Positions 16,868 through 23,984 of a stretch of DNA of 23,984 bases are shown piece by piece. Where the stretch lies: the IMG/VR virus record IMGVR_UViG_2740892370_000017, positions 1 through 23,984 of that record. One strand, 5' to 3'. Positions within the stretch are counted from its first letter, which is position 1. Every line of letters begins with the position of its first letter. The translations under genes were made by a program, and so were the position numbers. The notes beneath the pieces are model-generated. The model was not told where the DNA came from, made no database searches, and worked only from the letters and a program-made list of their open reading frames with translations. The DNA comes from a virus (taxonomy: Duplodnaviria > Heunggongvirae > Uroviricota > Caudoviricetes).

Positions 16868-17758
16868 ATGATTAATTTCCTGAACAAACAACACATGCAA
16901 CACGACAAAGCGCAATTACTCAACCGCAGTGCGGAGCTGGAGGAGGAGATGCAGTTTGCCCGTGCCGGGAAGCGTCCGTGGCGCTGTGAGCACTGGCTGG
17001 CAAGCGATGAGACTGCAGAGTGTGAGAAGCACGGAAAATATACTCGTCTGGTGTTGAAAGGGCCAGATATTCGCGGAGAAACCATCAAACGGGTATCCGG
17101 ATGTCCGCGCTGCATCGCAGAAGAACTGGATCACGTGCATGACGAATTACGCGCCCTGAAGGTTCGTGAATTACTCGATCAGGCCGGTATTGCCCGCCGC
17201 TTTGAGAACTGCGAGTTTGAGAACTATCAGGCTGTGAATGCCGGGGCTCAGCGGAATCTTGATGCCTGCCAGCGTTATGTCGATGCCTGGAAGGATCACC
17301 TCGCGGCGGGTACCAGCATGATCATGATTGGCAATTGCGGTACCGGGAAAAATCACCTGGCTGTATCAATGGCAAAAAATATTATTCGCCACCACCTGGC
17401 GACCGTCGAAATTACGGATGTTATGCGACTGACCCGCGCTGTGAAAAATACATGGCGTCACAATTCTGAACGCACTGAAGATGAAGTTATTGACCATTTT
17501 GTATCACTGGACCTGCTCATCATTGATGAAGTCGGTGTTCAGTTTGGCACGCCTGCCGAGATAACCATCCTGCAGGAAATCATCAACGCGCGTTACGAAA
17601 GTATTCTGCCAACAATTCTGATCAGCAACCTGACGTTTGACCAGCTTAAGGAGTCCATTGGTGAGCGAATTGTAGATCGCGTTACTGACGGCGGGCGTAA
17701 CCGCCTGGTGTTTGGCTGGGAGAGCTACCGGGCAAATATCGGAGGTGTTGCCGCATGA
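16868..17758 (+). CDS. DnaC/IstB-like AAA+ helicase loader
   Basis: Walker A ...GNCGTGKNHLA... and Walker B ...LLIIDEVG...; positioned between the initiator and the DnaB-like helicase. ATG 16868 chosen over the earlier track start. Confidence 0.8.
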   Translation: MINFLNKQHMQHDKAQLLNRSAELEEEMQFARAGKRPWRCEHWLASDETAECEKHGKYTRLVLKGPDIRGETIKRVSGCPRCIAEELDHVHDELRALKVRELLDQAGIARRFENCEFENYQAVNAGAQRNLDACQRYVDAWKDHLAAGTSMIMIGNCGTGKNHLAVSMAKNIIRHHLATVEITDVMRLTRAVKNTWRHNSERTEDEVIDHFVSLDLLIIDEVGVQFGTPAEITILQEIINARYESILPTILISNLTFDQLKESIGERIVDRVTDGGRNRLVFGWESYRANIGGVAA

Positions 17759-19155
17759 CCAGCCAGAACAACCCGGCATGGCGTAACGATGACCTGGAAG
17801 GTGCGGTGATTGGCGCGTTTTTTCTGCGTGGGGCTGATCCGGAAGTGATGGATATTCTGGCCACGCTTCCGGCGGATGTATTTTTCGTGCGTCAGTACCG
17901 GGATATTTACGCGGGGATTTGCAGACAGGCCCGCGTATCCGGCGTCATTGACCCCGTGCTGCTGTGCAATGAGATGCCGGAACTTGCCCCGGTGATTACC
18001 GACACCGGGCGCAAAACCTGGGTGAAGTCTTCACTGGAGCACTATGTTGCAGCGCTGCGACGCAATGCCGCACTGCGCGATGCAGAAAAAACACTGACTG
18101 AAGCATTACAGAATTTACGTGATGCACATACCTGCGAAGCGGCAGAAGATGCCCTGAAGGATGCGCAGAACATGATGGCCTCACTGTCGACCGGAAAGGG
18201 CGTCATTCAGCCGGTTCACATTGATGATGTCCTTCCGGAAGTGGTGGGCCGTGTTGAATGCCGGAATCAGGGACTGGAGAAATCCAGGGCGCTGATGACC
18301 GGTATTGATGAACTGGACGCAAAAACGGGCGGTATGGAGCCCGGAGACCTGGTATTCATTGCCGCCCGTCCTTCGATGGGGAAAACAGAACTTGCGCTGG
18401 ACATCATCGACAAGGTGACTGAGCAGGGGCATGGCGTGCTTCTGTTCACCATGGAGATGGCGAACATCCAGATTGGTGAACGTATGGTGTCTGCAGCAGG
18501 GGGAATGCCGGTATCCCGTCTTAAGTCTGTTGCCCGTTTTGAAGATGAAGACTGGGCGCGTTTCTCACAGGGCGTGGGACGAATGACGGGGCGTAATATC
18601 TGGATGGTGGACCAGGCAAATCTGACCATTGATGAGATATGTGCAACCACGAGGTACCACCGGATGAAGCATCCGGAAACGGCGCTGGTGGTGGTCGATT
18701 ACCTCGGCCTGATTAAAACCCGCAGCACGGGGCGTCACGACCTTGCGGTGGGGGAAATCTCAAAGGGACTTAAAAGCCTGGCAAAATCCGGCGGTTTTCC
18801 GCTGATTGCTCTGAGCCAGCTCTCCCGCGGCGTGGAATCCAGACCCAATAAACGTCCCATGAACTCAGACCTGAAAAACTCCGGGGAAATCGAGGCTGAT
18901 GCCGACATCATTCTGATGCTTTACAGGGATGAGGTGTATAACCCGGATACACAGGCGAGAGGCATAGCAGAAATCAACATCACGAAACAGCGTAATGGCA
19001 CGCTCGGGACCATTTACCGGCGTTTTCATAACGGACATTTTCTGCCTGTGGACCAGGAGAGTGCCCGGGTTCTTTCCACACCCATGACGCCGGGCAATCC
19101 GCGCAGATACAGCAATAACCGCATGTCGGGCAGTAAAGCGGAGCGTTTATTTTGA
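17755..19155 (+). CDS. replicative DNA helicase, DnaB family
   Basis: 466 aa; Walker A ...ARPSMGKTELAL..., ...VVVDYLGLI... and ...LSQLSRGVESRPNKRPMNSDLKNSGEIEADADII... are characteristic DnaB C-terminal RecA-fold motifs; ATGA overlap with loader gene. Confidence 0.9.
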   Translation: MTSQNNPAWRNDDLEGAVIGAFFLRGADPEVMDILATLPADVFFVRQYRDIYAGICRQARVSGVIDPVLLCNEMPELAPVITDTGRKTWVKSSLEHYVAALRRNAALRDAEKTLTEALQNLRDAHTCEAAEDALKDAQNMMASLSTGKGVIQPVHIDDVLPEVVGRVECRNQGLEKSRALMTGIDELDAKTGGMEPGDLVFIAARPSMGKTELALDIIDKVTEQGHGVLLFTMEMANIQIGERMVSAAGGMPVSRLKSVARFEDEDWARFSQGVGRMTGRNIWMVDQANLTIDEICATTRYHRMKHPETALVVVDYLGLIKTRSTGRHDLAVGEISKGLKSLAKSGGFPLIALSQLSRGVESRPNKRPMNSDLKNSGEIEADADIILMLYRDEVYNPDTQARGIAEINITKQRNGTLGTIYRRFHNGHFLPVDQESARVLSTPMTPGNPRRYSNNRMSGSKAERLF

Positions 19156-19409
19156 ATAACAGAACAGCCACTGTTTCACCGGAACAACTTCGTCGCCAGG
19201 CGCAGGAGATGCTTCGTTGTGCTGAACAGATGGAAAAAATGAGCGTGGCAAAGGATACGCTCCGCAAGCAGCTTACTCCGGCGCTTCGTGATCTGCTGCA
19301 GGCAAAACACCGCACACAAAAGGCGGTGGATGAGCTGGTGGATTGCGTGGCGGAACTGGAAGGCAAGGTAAGCCAGTTTGAAACTCTGGTGAAGGAGTTT
19401 ACTGCGTGA
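19152..19409 (+). CDS. hypothetical small protein (about 85 aa), probably helical
   Basis: Track start is TTG overlapping the DnaB stop; an internal ATG (about 19209) is an alternative start. Confidence 0.4.
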   Translation: MNNRTATVSPEQLRRQAQEMLRCAEQMEKMSVAKDTLRKQLTPALRDLLQAKHRTQKAVDELVDCVAELEGKVSQFETLVKEFTA

Positions 19410-19454
19410 TGGCTGAATTTTTTCTCCTGTGTTCATGCAATATCGTTCGCTGAG

Positions 19455-20450
19455 GTGACCGTGAGAGCATTGTTGACTCCTGAAATTGCCCCGCGAATGG
19501 GGATTGTATTGTTCAGACCCGGTTCAGAGCTGATGCCCCTGTTTATGCAGGGGCGTGTCCTGCTGGAGCCTGAGCCGGAACGTTATTCATCTTTCGCCAG
19601 TGGTGCCGTTCCGGCGGCATCACAACCGCTGGCGGATGATCCTGCCGTTCGGGCCGTGTTCCGCAATGAGGCAGTGATCCGTCGTGCTGGTGGCGTGGAA
19701 TGTCTTGAAAGCTGGTTACTTCGTGAAAAAGGCTGCCAGTGGCTTCATTCCGACTGGCACAGCGAGAACATGACCACAATGCGACACGCGCCGGGCGCAA
19801 TCCGTCTGTGCTGGCACTGCGATAACCAGCTGCGCGATCAGTTCACGGAACGGCTGGAATCAATGGCAACGGATAACTGTGCCCGCTGGGTGTTGTCTGT
19901 TGTGCGTCGGGATCTCGGTTTTGATGACAGTCACGTTGTGACAATGCCGGAACTGTGCTGGTGGCTGGTTCGTAATGATCTGGCGGATGCCTTACCGGAA
20001 AGCGCAGCCCGTAAGGCACTGAGATTACCGAATCCTGTTGTGCCGTCTGTCACCCGGGAAAGTGACCTTGTGCCTTCGGTTCCTGCCACCAGCATCATCC
20101 AGGATAAGGCGAAAAAGGTGCTGGCGCTGAAAGTGGATCCGGAGTCGCCGGAGTCTTTTATGTTACGCCCAAAACGTCGCCGCTGGGTTAATGAAAAGTA
20201 CACGCGCTGGGTTAAGACACAGCCGTGCGCATGTTGTGGAAAGCCTGCTGATGATCCCCACCACCTGATAGGCCACGGTCAGGGGGGAATGGGTACAAAA
20301 GCGCATGACCTCTTTGTGTTGCCTTTGTGCAGAAAGCATCACGACGAGCTGCATGCGGATACCGTGGCATTTGAAGAGAAGTATGGCTCCCAGCTGGAGC
20401 TGATATTTCGTTTTATCGATCGCGCGCTGGCAACTGGCGTGCTGGCCTGA
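19455..20450 (+). CDS. DUF968/HNH-like putative nuclease (nin-region type protein)
   Basis: C-terminal ...PCACCGKPADDPHHLIGHGQGGMGTKAHDLFVLPLCRKHHDELH... is a Cys/His HNH-like module of the kind found in lambdoid nin-region proteins such as E. coli YdfU (from memory). Start uncertain (GTG 19455 or ATG near 19497). Confidence 0.55.
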   Translation: MTVRALLTPEIAPRMGIVLFRPGSELMPLFMQGRVLLEPEPERYSSFASGAVPAASQPLADDPAVRAVFRNEAVIRRAGGVECLESWLLREKGCQWLHSDWHSENMTTMRHAPGAIRLCWHCDNQLRDQFTERLESMATDNCARWVLSVVRRDLGFDDSHVVTMPELCWWLVRNDLADALPESAARKALRLPNPVVPSVTRESDLVPSVPATSIIQDKAKKVLALKVDPESPESFMLRPKRRRWVNEKYTRWVKTQPCACCGKPADDPHHLIGHGQGGMGTKAHDLFVLPLCRKHHDELHADTVAFEEKYGSQLELIFRFIDRALATGVLA

Positions 20451-20467
20451 TTTTGTGGATAAAGTTT

Positions 20468-20833
20468 ATGCGTGATATTCAGATGGTTCTGGATCGTTGG
20501 GGTGCATGGGCGGCGAGTGATAGTTCTGGGGTAGACTATTCGCCTATAGCTGCTGGGTTTAAAGGGCTTCTTCCCTATACAAGCAAAACACGTCAGGCTT
20601 GTTCAGATAGTGATGCATTAATTATTGAAGGTTGTCTTGCTCGTCTAAAGCAAAAAAGACCTGAAGAACACTCGCTTCTTGTTGCCCATTACCTATACGG
20701 TATCTCTAAAAGAAAGCTCGCCAAAGCTCGTAAAAAGGATGAGAAACTAATACGCATTGAGATACAGATGGCTGAGGGTTTTGTTGAAGGCTGTCTCTCA
20801 ATGCTTGATCTTTGTCTGGAAATGGACCAATAG
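20468..20833 (+). CDS. Q: late-gene antiterminator Q-like protein
   Basis: From ATG 20468: MRDIQMVLDRWGAWAA...IAAGFKGL...C.DSDALIIEGCLARLK... matches the N-terminal signature I recall for E. coli lambdoid Q-family antiterminators (MRDIQMVLERWGAWAA...); position after the replication/nin genes is canonical. Confidence 0.6.
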   Translation: MRDIQMVLDRWGAWAASDSSGVDYSPIAAGFKGLLPYTSKTRQACSDSDALIIEGCLARLKQKRPEEHSLLVAHYLYGISKRKLAKARKKDEKLIRIEIQMAEGFVEGCLSMLDLCLEMDQ

Positions 20834-20845
20834 ACTACCAGAATA

Positions 20846-20880
20846 GAAACTGCCGCTCAGCTTTGCGGATCGGCAGTTTC
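20846..20880. terminator. 10-bp inverted repeat hairpin between convergent Q gene and minus-strand operon
   Basis: GAAACTGCCG (20846-20855) and CGGCAGTTTC (20871-20880), 15-nt loop, 13 nt after the Q stop and overlapping the last codons of the minus-strand gene 20857..21279; no clear T-run on either strand. Confidence 0.4.
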
Positions 20881-21279
20881 TGATGGTGTAATGTTACGCG
20901 CAGATGTTTCGAGTATAGATTCCCTTCCGATTGATACCAAAATTTCGATTGTTCTTGCTTTAGCCTGCATCAATGTTGATTTTATTTCAGGACTTAAGTG
21001 GTCAGATCGTAACTGCTTCTCAATCTCAGCCAAATCACGCTTGCATTTTGCTCTTTTGGCTGCGTCCTCTGGAGATTCGAAACCATGCCTCGAAATAAAC
21101 CAATTCATGACGTAAGTTAAAGTTGCCGCAACACCCGGTACCAATGCGTAGGCTACAGTTCGCCACACGCTATTAGGGTCGGTTAAAATCGCGCTAACAA
21201 GAACACTTAGAATTGCTCCCCAGCCACCAGTTGAAAGGGTAGCTTTTCCTGTACTTAGACCTTTAGTTTGAGAATTCAT
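20857..21279 (-). CDS. small membrane protein with two predicted transmembrane helices and charged C-terminal tail (140 aa)
   Basis: Hydrophobic segments WGAILSVLVSAIL and TVAYALVPGVAATLTYVMNWFI followed by K/R/E-rich tail; ATG 21279 overlaps stop of upstream gene (ATGA). Last gene of a three-gene minus-strand operon. Confidence 0.6.
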   Translation of the reverse strand: MNSQTKGLSTGKATLSTGGWGAILSVLVSAILTDPNSVWRTVAYALVPGVAATLTYVMNWFISRHGFESPEDAAKRAKCKRDLAEIEKQLRSDHLSPEIKSTLMQAKARTIEILVSIGRESILETSARNITPSETADPQS

Positions 21280-21524
21280 TTTCGTTTTGAATTCTCCGCA
21301 ATTGCCTCTTCAATGAGGGTTGTTAGCATTTTTCCCTTTTTACTTGGAACTTTTATTACTAGCGTCTTAGTCACTCCGGATTCTTCATCGTGATATCGGA
21401 ATTCGAAGACTTTTGTAGGGAATAGTCGACGCCAAAGCAAGGCTGACGCTGAATAGCAAAAACGACTAAAGGCAGGGATGATCATTATCACCCCAATCCA
21501 GAAGATCAGTTGTGCTATCTGCAT
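21276..21524 (-). CDS. small single-pass membrane protein (about 82 aa)
   Basis: ATG 21524 (MQIAQLIFWIGVIMIIPAF...) preferred; track ORF begins at TTG 21545, which abuts the upstream stop. N-terminal TM helix then charged soluble tail. Confidence 0.5.
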   Translation of the reverse strand: MQIAQLIFWIGVIMIIPAFSRFCYSASALLWRRLFPTKVFEFRYHDEESGVTKTLVIKVPSKKGKMLTTLIEEAIAENSKRK

Positions 21525-21541
21525 GTTCAGTGTCACTTTTG

Positions 21542-22411
21542 TCAAGCCTCAGCAGGGCGTTTTCGTTTTACTTTGGTTATAGCATACTTGGTTGTGGCAT
21601 TTCGCGCAGTGAAAGTTTTTATAGTTTTTAGCTCAACAACAAACAAATCTTCTTTTGTAAAACTGATGATTCCATTTTGAACTTGGTGTATAAACAACTG
21701 ATCTTCAAATGTAACAGCATGCTCCTCGCCTAAATAATCGATTCTCCAACCCTTTGTACCCTCGAAGTTGATCTGTACGAATCTAACATTGACTTCTTCT
21801 ACAGACTCTTCTTTTTCAAGTAGTGTACCTCTAGGCAGCGGTTTGATCTCTTCAGTTTCACTTCCTTCAAGACGAACGACTTCTTCGCCTTCATCATTTA
21901 GCACCTTAAATACTGCACCTTGTTTGCCGTCTAATGGTGCACGAACTACATTCACAAGGGCATCACGGACTTCAGGATCTGTTACTAACTTAGCCACTGA
22001 GTCATGGCAAACAATTTCTTCCCCTTCAAGTTCAAGAACAGATTCTTCTGTTCCTGCCCGTTTTGTTACCGAAATTACTTTCTTGCTGCCCAGTTGGCGG
22101 ATTAGTGATAATGCTGGAGCTCCAATAGCAGCCCCGGCTATCCCTGTTAGGCCAATCACTTTTGCGACGTCGACGGCATGAGGAACAAGCTCCATCATCG
22201 TATAGGATACGCCGAGTGATCCCGCTTCTGCTGGATTAGTAACCATTAACTTAACGGTTTGTTGACCGTCATTAAGTCTTTTATCAGCTGCTGATATTAA
22301 ATCTGCCATCGAACCTATGGAGATGCTTAATGTTTTGGCATCAATTTTATGCTGTGCTAATTCGTTATCCTCTGCATCGTAGAAGATCTGAAAAGAAGTT
22401 GTTTTAGTCAC
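21542..22411 (-). CDS. hypothetical protein (289 aa) with central hydrophobic Gly/Ala-rich segment and acidic regions
   Basis: Long clean ORF, first gene of the minus operon; GTG start at 22411 (uncertain); hydrophobic stretch VAKVIGLTGIAGAAIGAPALSLI; E-rich repeats; no motif I can assign. Confidence 0.6.
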   Translation of the reverse strand: MTKTTSFQIFYDAEDNELAQHKIDAKTLSISIGSMADLISAADKRLNDGQQTVKLMVTNPAEAGSLGVSYTMMELVPHAVDVAKVIGLTGIAGAAIGAPALSLIRQLGSKKVISVTKRAGTEESVLELEGEEIVCHDSVAKLVTDPEVRDALVNVVRAPLDGKQGAVFKVLNDEGEEVVRLEGSETEEIKPLPRGTLLEKEESVEEVNVRFVQINFEGTKGWRIDYLGEEHAVTFEDQLFIHQVQNGIISFTKEDLFVVELKTIKTFTARNATTKYAITKVKRKRPAEA

Positions 22412-22534
22412 TCTTTGCTCGCTATGTCTTGACTTTTTTCCATAAAATACCTTTTTTGGGTATAAAAAACATTATCGCGGTCCGCAAAAATTGCGTTACT
22501 GTGTTAAGAGTGGTTACTTCGCCACACAGCTTAA

Positions 22535-22556
22535 ACCCGCCGTCGAGCGGTTTTTT
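22535..22556 (+). terminator. candidate intrinsic terminator on plus strand
   Basis: CCCGC (22535-22539), loop CGTCGA, GCGG (22546-22549), then T7 (22550-22556); A-T pairs extend the stem. No plus-strand gene lies directly upstream. Confidence 0.45.
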
Positions 22557-22679
22557 TGTACCTGTAAACCTGGTGCAGTACAGTAAACACGCTGGTGGCG
22601 GTGAATACCTGTCTTTCAGCTTGCTGGCTTTTTCGACAAGAGTTATTGGTATGTCATGTCAACCAGAAGGGAAAAAGAC

Positions 22680-22883
22680 ATGCTAAAACAGCAAGATATG
22701 ACAGAAACCGCCGCCGCAGTCCTTCATTTCTTACCTGCTGACAAGTGGGTAACGCCACGCATGATGACGAGAACTACAGGAGTAAGCGAAGCCCGGTGCC
22801 AGTTAATACTGACTCAGTTAGTTCTGGCGGGTCTGGCGAAGGATAACGGCGGGTACGGGAATAAATTCAGACGCTGCCAGTAA
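22680..22883 (+). CDS. hypothetical small protein (about 67 aa), possibly DNA-binding
   Basis: ATG 22680 with SD GAAGGG about 8 nt upstream (track start 22656 is same frame but lacks an SD); upstream of the methyltransferase gene. Confidence 0.4.
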   Translation: MLKQQDMTETAAAVLHFLPADKWVTPRMMTRTTGVSEARCQLILTQLVLAGLAKDNGGYGNKFRRCQ

Positions 22884-23033
22884 TGGCGGTTTCCTGCTGT
22901 GAAAATGGGCGGCTGGTGGGTGTTGGTAGCACCTGCCAGCCATTCGCTCATGCTTACTGGTCACAAGCGAACCATGGCCCACTGCTTTAGCGCAAAAGCA
23001 GAGTGAGCCTACCAGAGTTACGCTTACTGATCC

Positions 23034-23984
23034 ATGAAAAATACTGTAAAAATAAACAGTGTTGATTTAATCAACGCTGATTGCCTGCATTTTATTCAGT
23101 CCCTGCCTGATGATTCCATTGACCTGATTGTTACCGATCCGCCGTACTTCAAGGTGAAACCCAACGGCTGGGACAATCAGTGGAAAGGGGACGAAGATTA
23201 CCTTAAGTGGCTGGACCACTGTCTTGCGCAGTTCTGGCGGGTGCTGAAACCTGCAGGAAGTCTATACCTGTTCTGTGGGCATCGCCTGGCATCTGACACC
23301 GAAATCATGATGCGTGAGCGGTTTAACGTGCTGAACCATATCATCTGGGCAAAGCCGTCCGGACGCTGGAACGGGTGTAACAAGGAAAGCCTGCGGGCGC
23401 ATTTTCCGGCCACAGAGCGCATTCTGTTCGCGGAACATTATCAGGGGCCGTATCGCCCGAAAGATGATGGCTGTGAGGCGAAGGGCAGGGCACTGGAACA
23501 GCATGTGATGGCCCCGCTGATTGCTTACTTTCGTGATGCGCGCGCTGCCCTGGGGATAACGGCAAAACAGATTGCAGATGCCACAGGAAAGAAAAACATG
23601 GTGTCGCACTGGTTCAGTGCCAGTCAGTGGCAGCTGCCGAACGAAAGCGATTATCTGAAATTACAGGCCCTGTTTGCCCGGGTGGCAGAAGAGAAGCATC
23701 AGCGCGGTGAACTGGAATGGCCCCACCACCAGCTGGTGGATACGTATACGTCACTGAACCGGCAGTATGTGGAGCTGCAGAGTGAATATAAGCATCTGCG
23801 GCGGTATTTTGGTGTGACGGCGCAGGTGCCGTACACGGATGTGTGGACATATAAACCGGTGCAGTTCTATCCCGGGAAACATCCGTGCGAAAAACCGGCA
23901 GAAATGCTGCAGCAGATAATCAGCGCAAGCAGTCGTCCGGGTGACCTGGTTGCAGATTTTTTATGGGCTCAGGTTCAATGGTAA
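23034..23984 (+). CDS. N6-adenine DNA methyltransferase (DPPY motif), apparently frameshifted near its 3' region
   Basis: Motif IV ...IVTDPPYF... near N-terminus; reading frame stops at window end with ...DLVADFLWAQVQW*, whereas a shift in the T6 run at 23957-23962 reads ...DFFMGSGS..., the canonical AdoMet motif I (FxGxG). Confidence 0.75.
   Translation: MKNTVKINSVDLINADCLHFIQSLPDDSIDLIVTDPPYFKVKPNGWDNQWKGDEDYLKWLDHCLAQFWRVLKPAGSLYLFCGHRLASDTEIMMRERFNVLNHIIWAKPSGRWNGCNKESLRAHFPATERILFAEHYQGPYRPKDDGCEAKGRALEQHVMAPLIAYFRDARAALGITAKQIADATGKKNMVSHWFSASQWQLPNESDYLKLQALFARVAEEKHQRGELEWPHHQLVDTYTSLNRQYVELQSEYKHLRRYFGVTAQVPYTDVWTYKPVQFYPGKHPCEKPAEMLQQIISASSRPGDLVADFLWAQVQW

Noticed and set aside
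17171-19800. Multiple minus-strand track ORFs inside the loader, helicase and DUF968 genes (for example 17504..17779, 18267..18650, 18980..19366, 19543..19800)
   Set aside because: Antisense to strongly supported genes with clear motifs; Arg/Ser/Pro-rich GC-frame artefacts.
22429-22686. 85-aa plus-strand ORF 22429..22686
   Set aside because: Spans a promoter-like AT-rich region and the intrinsic terminator at 22535-22556; no SD; likely non-coding.
20834-23033. tRNA genes or Shiga-toxin genes downstream of Q, as in Stx phages
   Set aside because: No tRNA-like sequence with the conserved T-loop was seen by eye, and none of the ORFs resembles StxA or StxB in size or organisation; the interval instead carries the minus-strand operon.
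23198-23850. Minus-strand ORFs inside the methyltransferase gene
   Set aside because: Antisense frames in GC-rich coding sequence with low-complexity translations.

Overview
The window is a mosaic of at least two mobile elements with a host-gene remnant between them. (1) Positions 1 to about 7075 are visibly AT-rich (hand counts of sample 60-mers give roughly 33-43% GC). They carry a partial HNH-endonuclease-like gene, several unrecognised genes, a 691-aa protein with a tail tape-measure-like core, a 254-aa Ser/Thr-rich protein and, at the right edge, a large serine recombinase (5484..7007, minus). (2) Positions 7058-7516 are a GC-richer ORF fragment with no proper start that I believe is a remnant of the chromosomal DUF72 gene yecE, a known lambdoid attB; this is from memory and not verifiable here. 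(3) Positions 7486 to the window end are the left and early regions of a lambdoid prophage (sample 60-mers roughly 50-58% GC): tyrosine integrase, excisionase, leftward small genes, a cI-like repressor and divergent Cro-like gene with palindromic operator candidates, two Rha/antirepressor-like genes, an O-like initiator with internal iterons, a DnaC-like loader, a DnaB-family helicase, a DUF968/HNH-like protein, a Q-like antiterminator, and an N6-adenine methyltransferase that appears frameshifted in a T-run 25 nt before the window end. The best candidate for an undescribed system is a low-GC, three-gene minus-strand operon of membrane proteins (20857..22411) sitting antisense immediately downstream of Q, the classic moron/cargo position. 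A second candidate is the two-gene block immediately downstream of cI (double-HTH protein plus a 66-aa protein) in the position lambda uses for rexAB. No rRNA, tRNA, CRISPR array or recognisable toxin genes were seen. All functional calls rest on motifs read by eye; no database search was possible.
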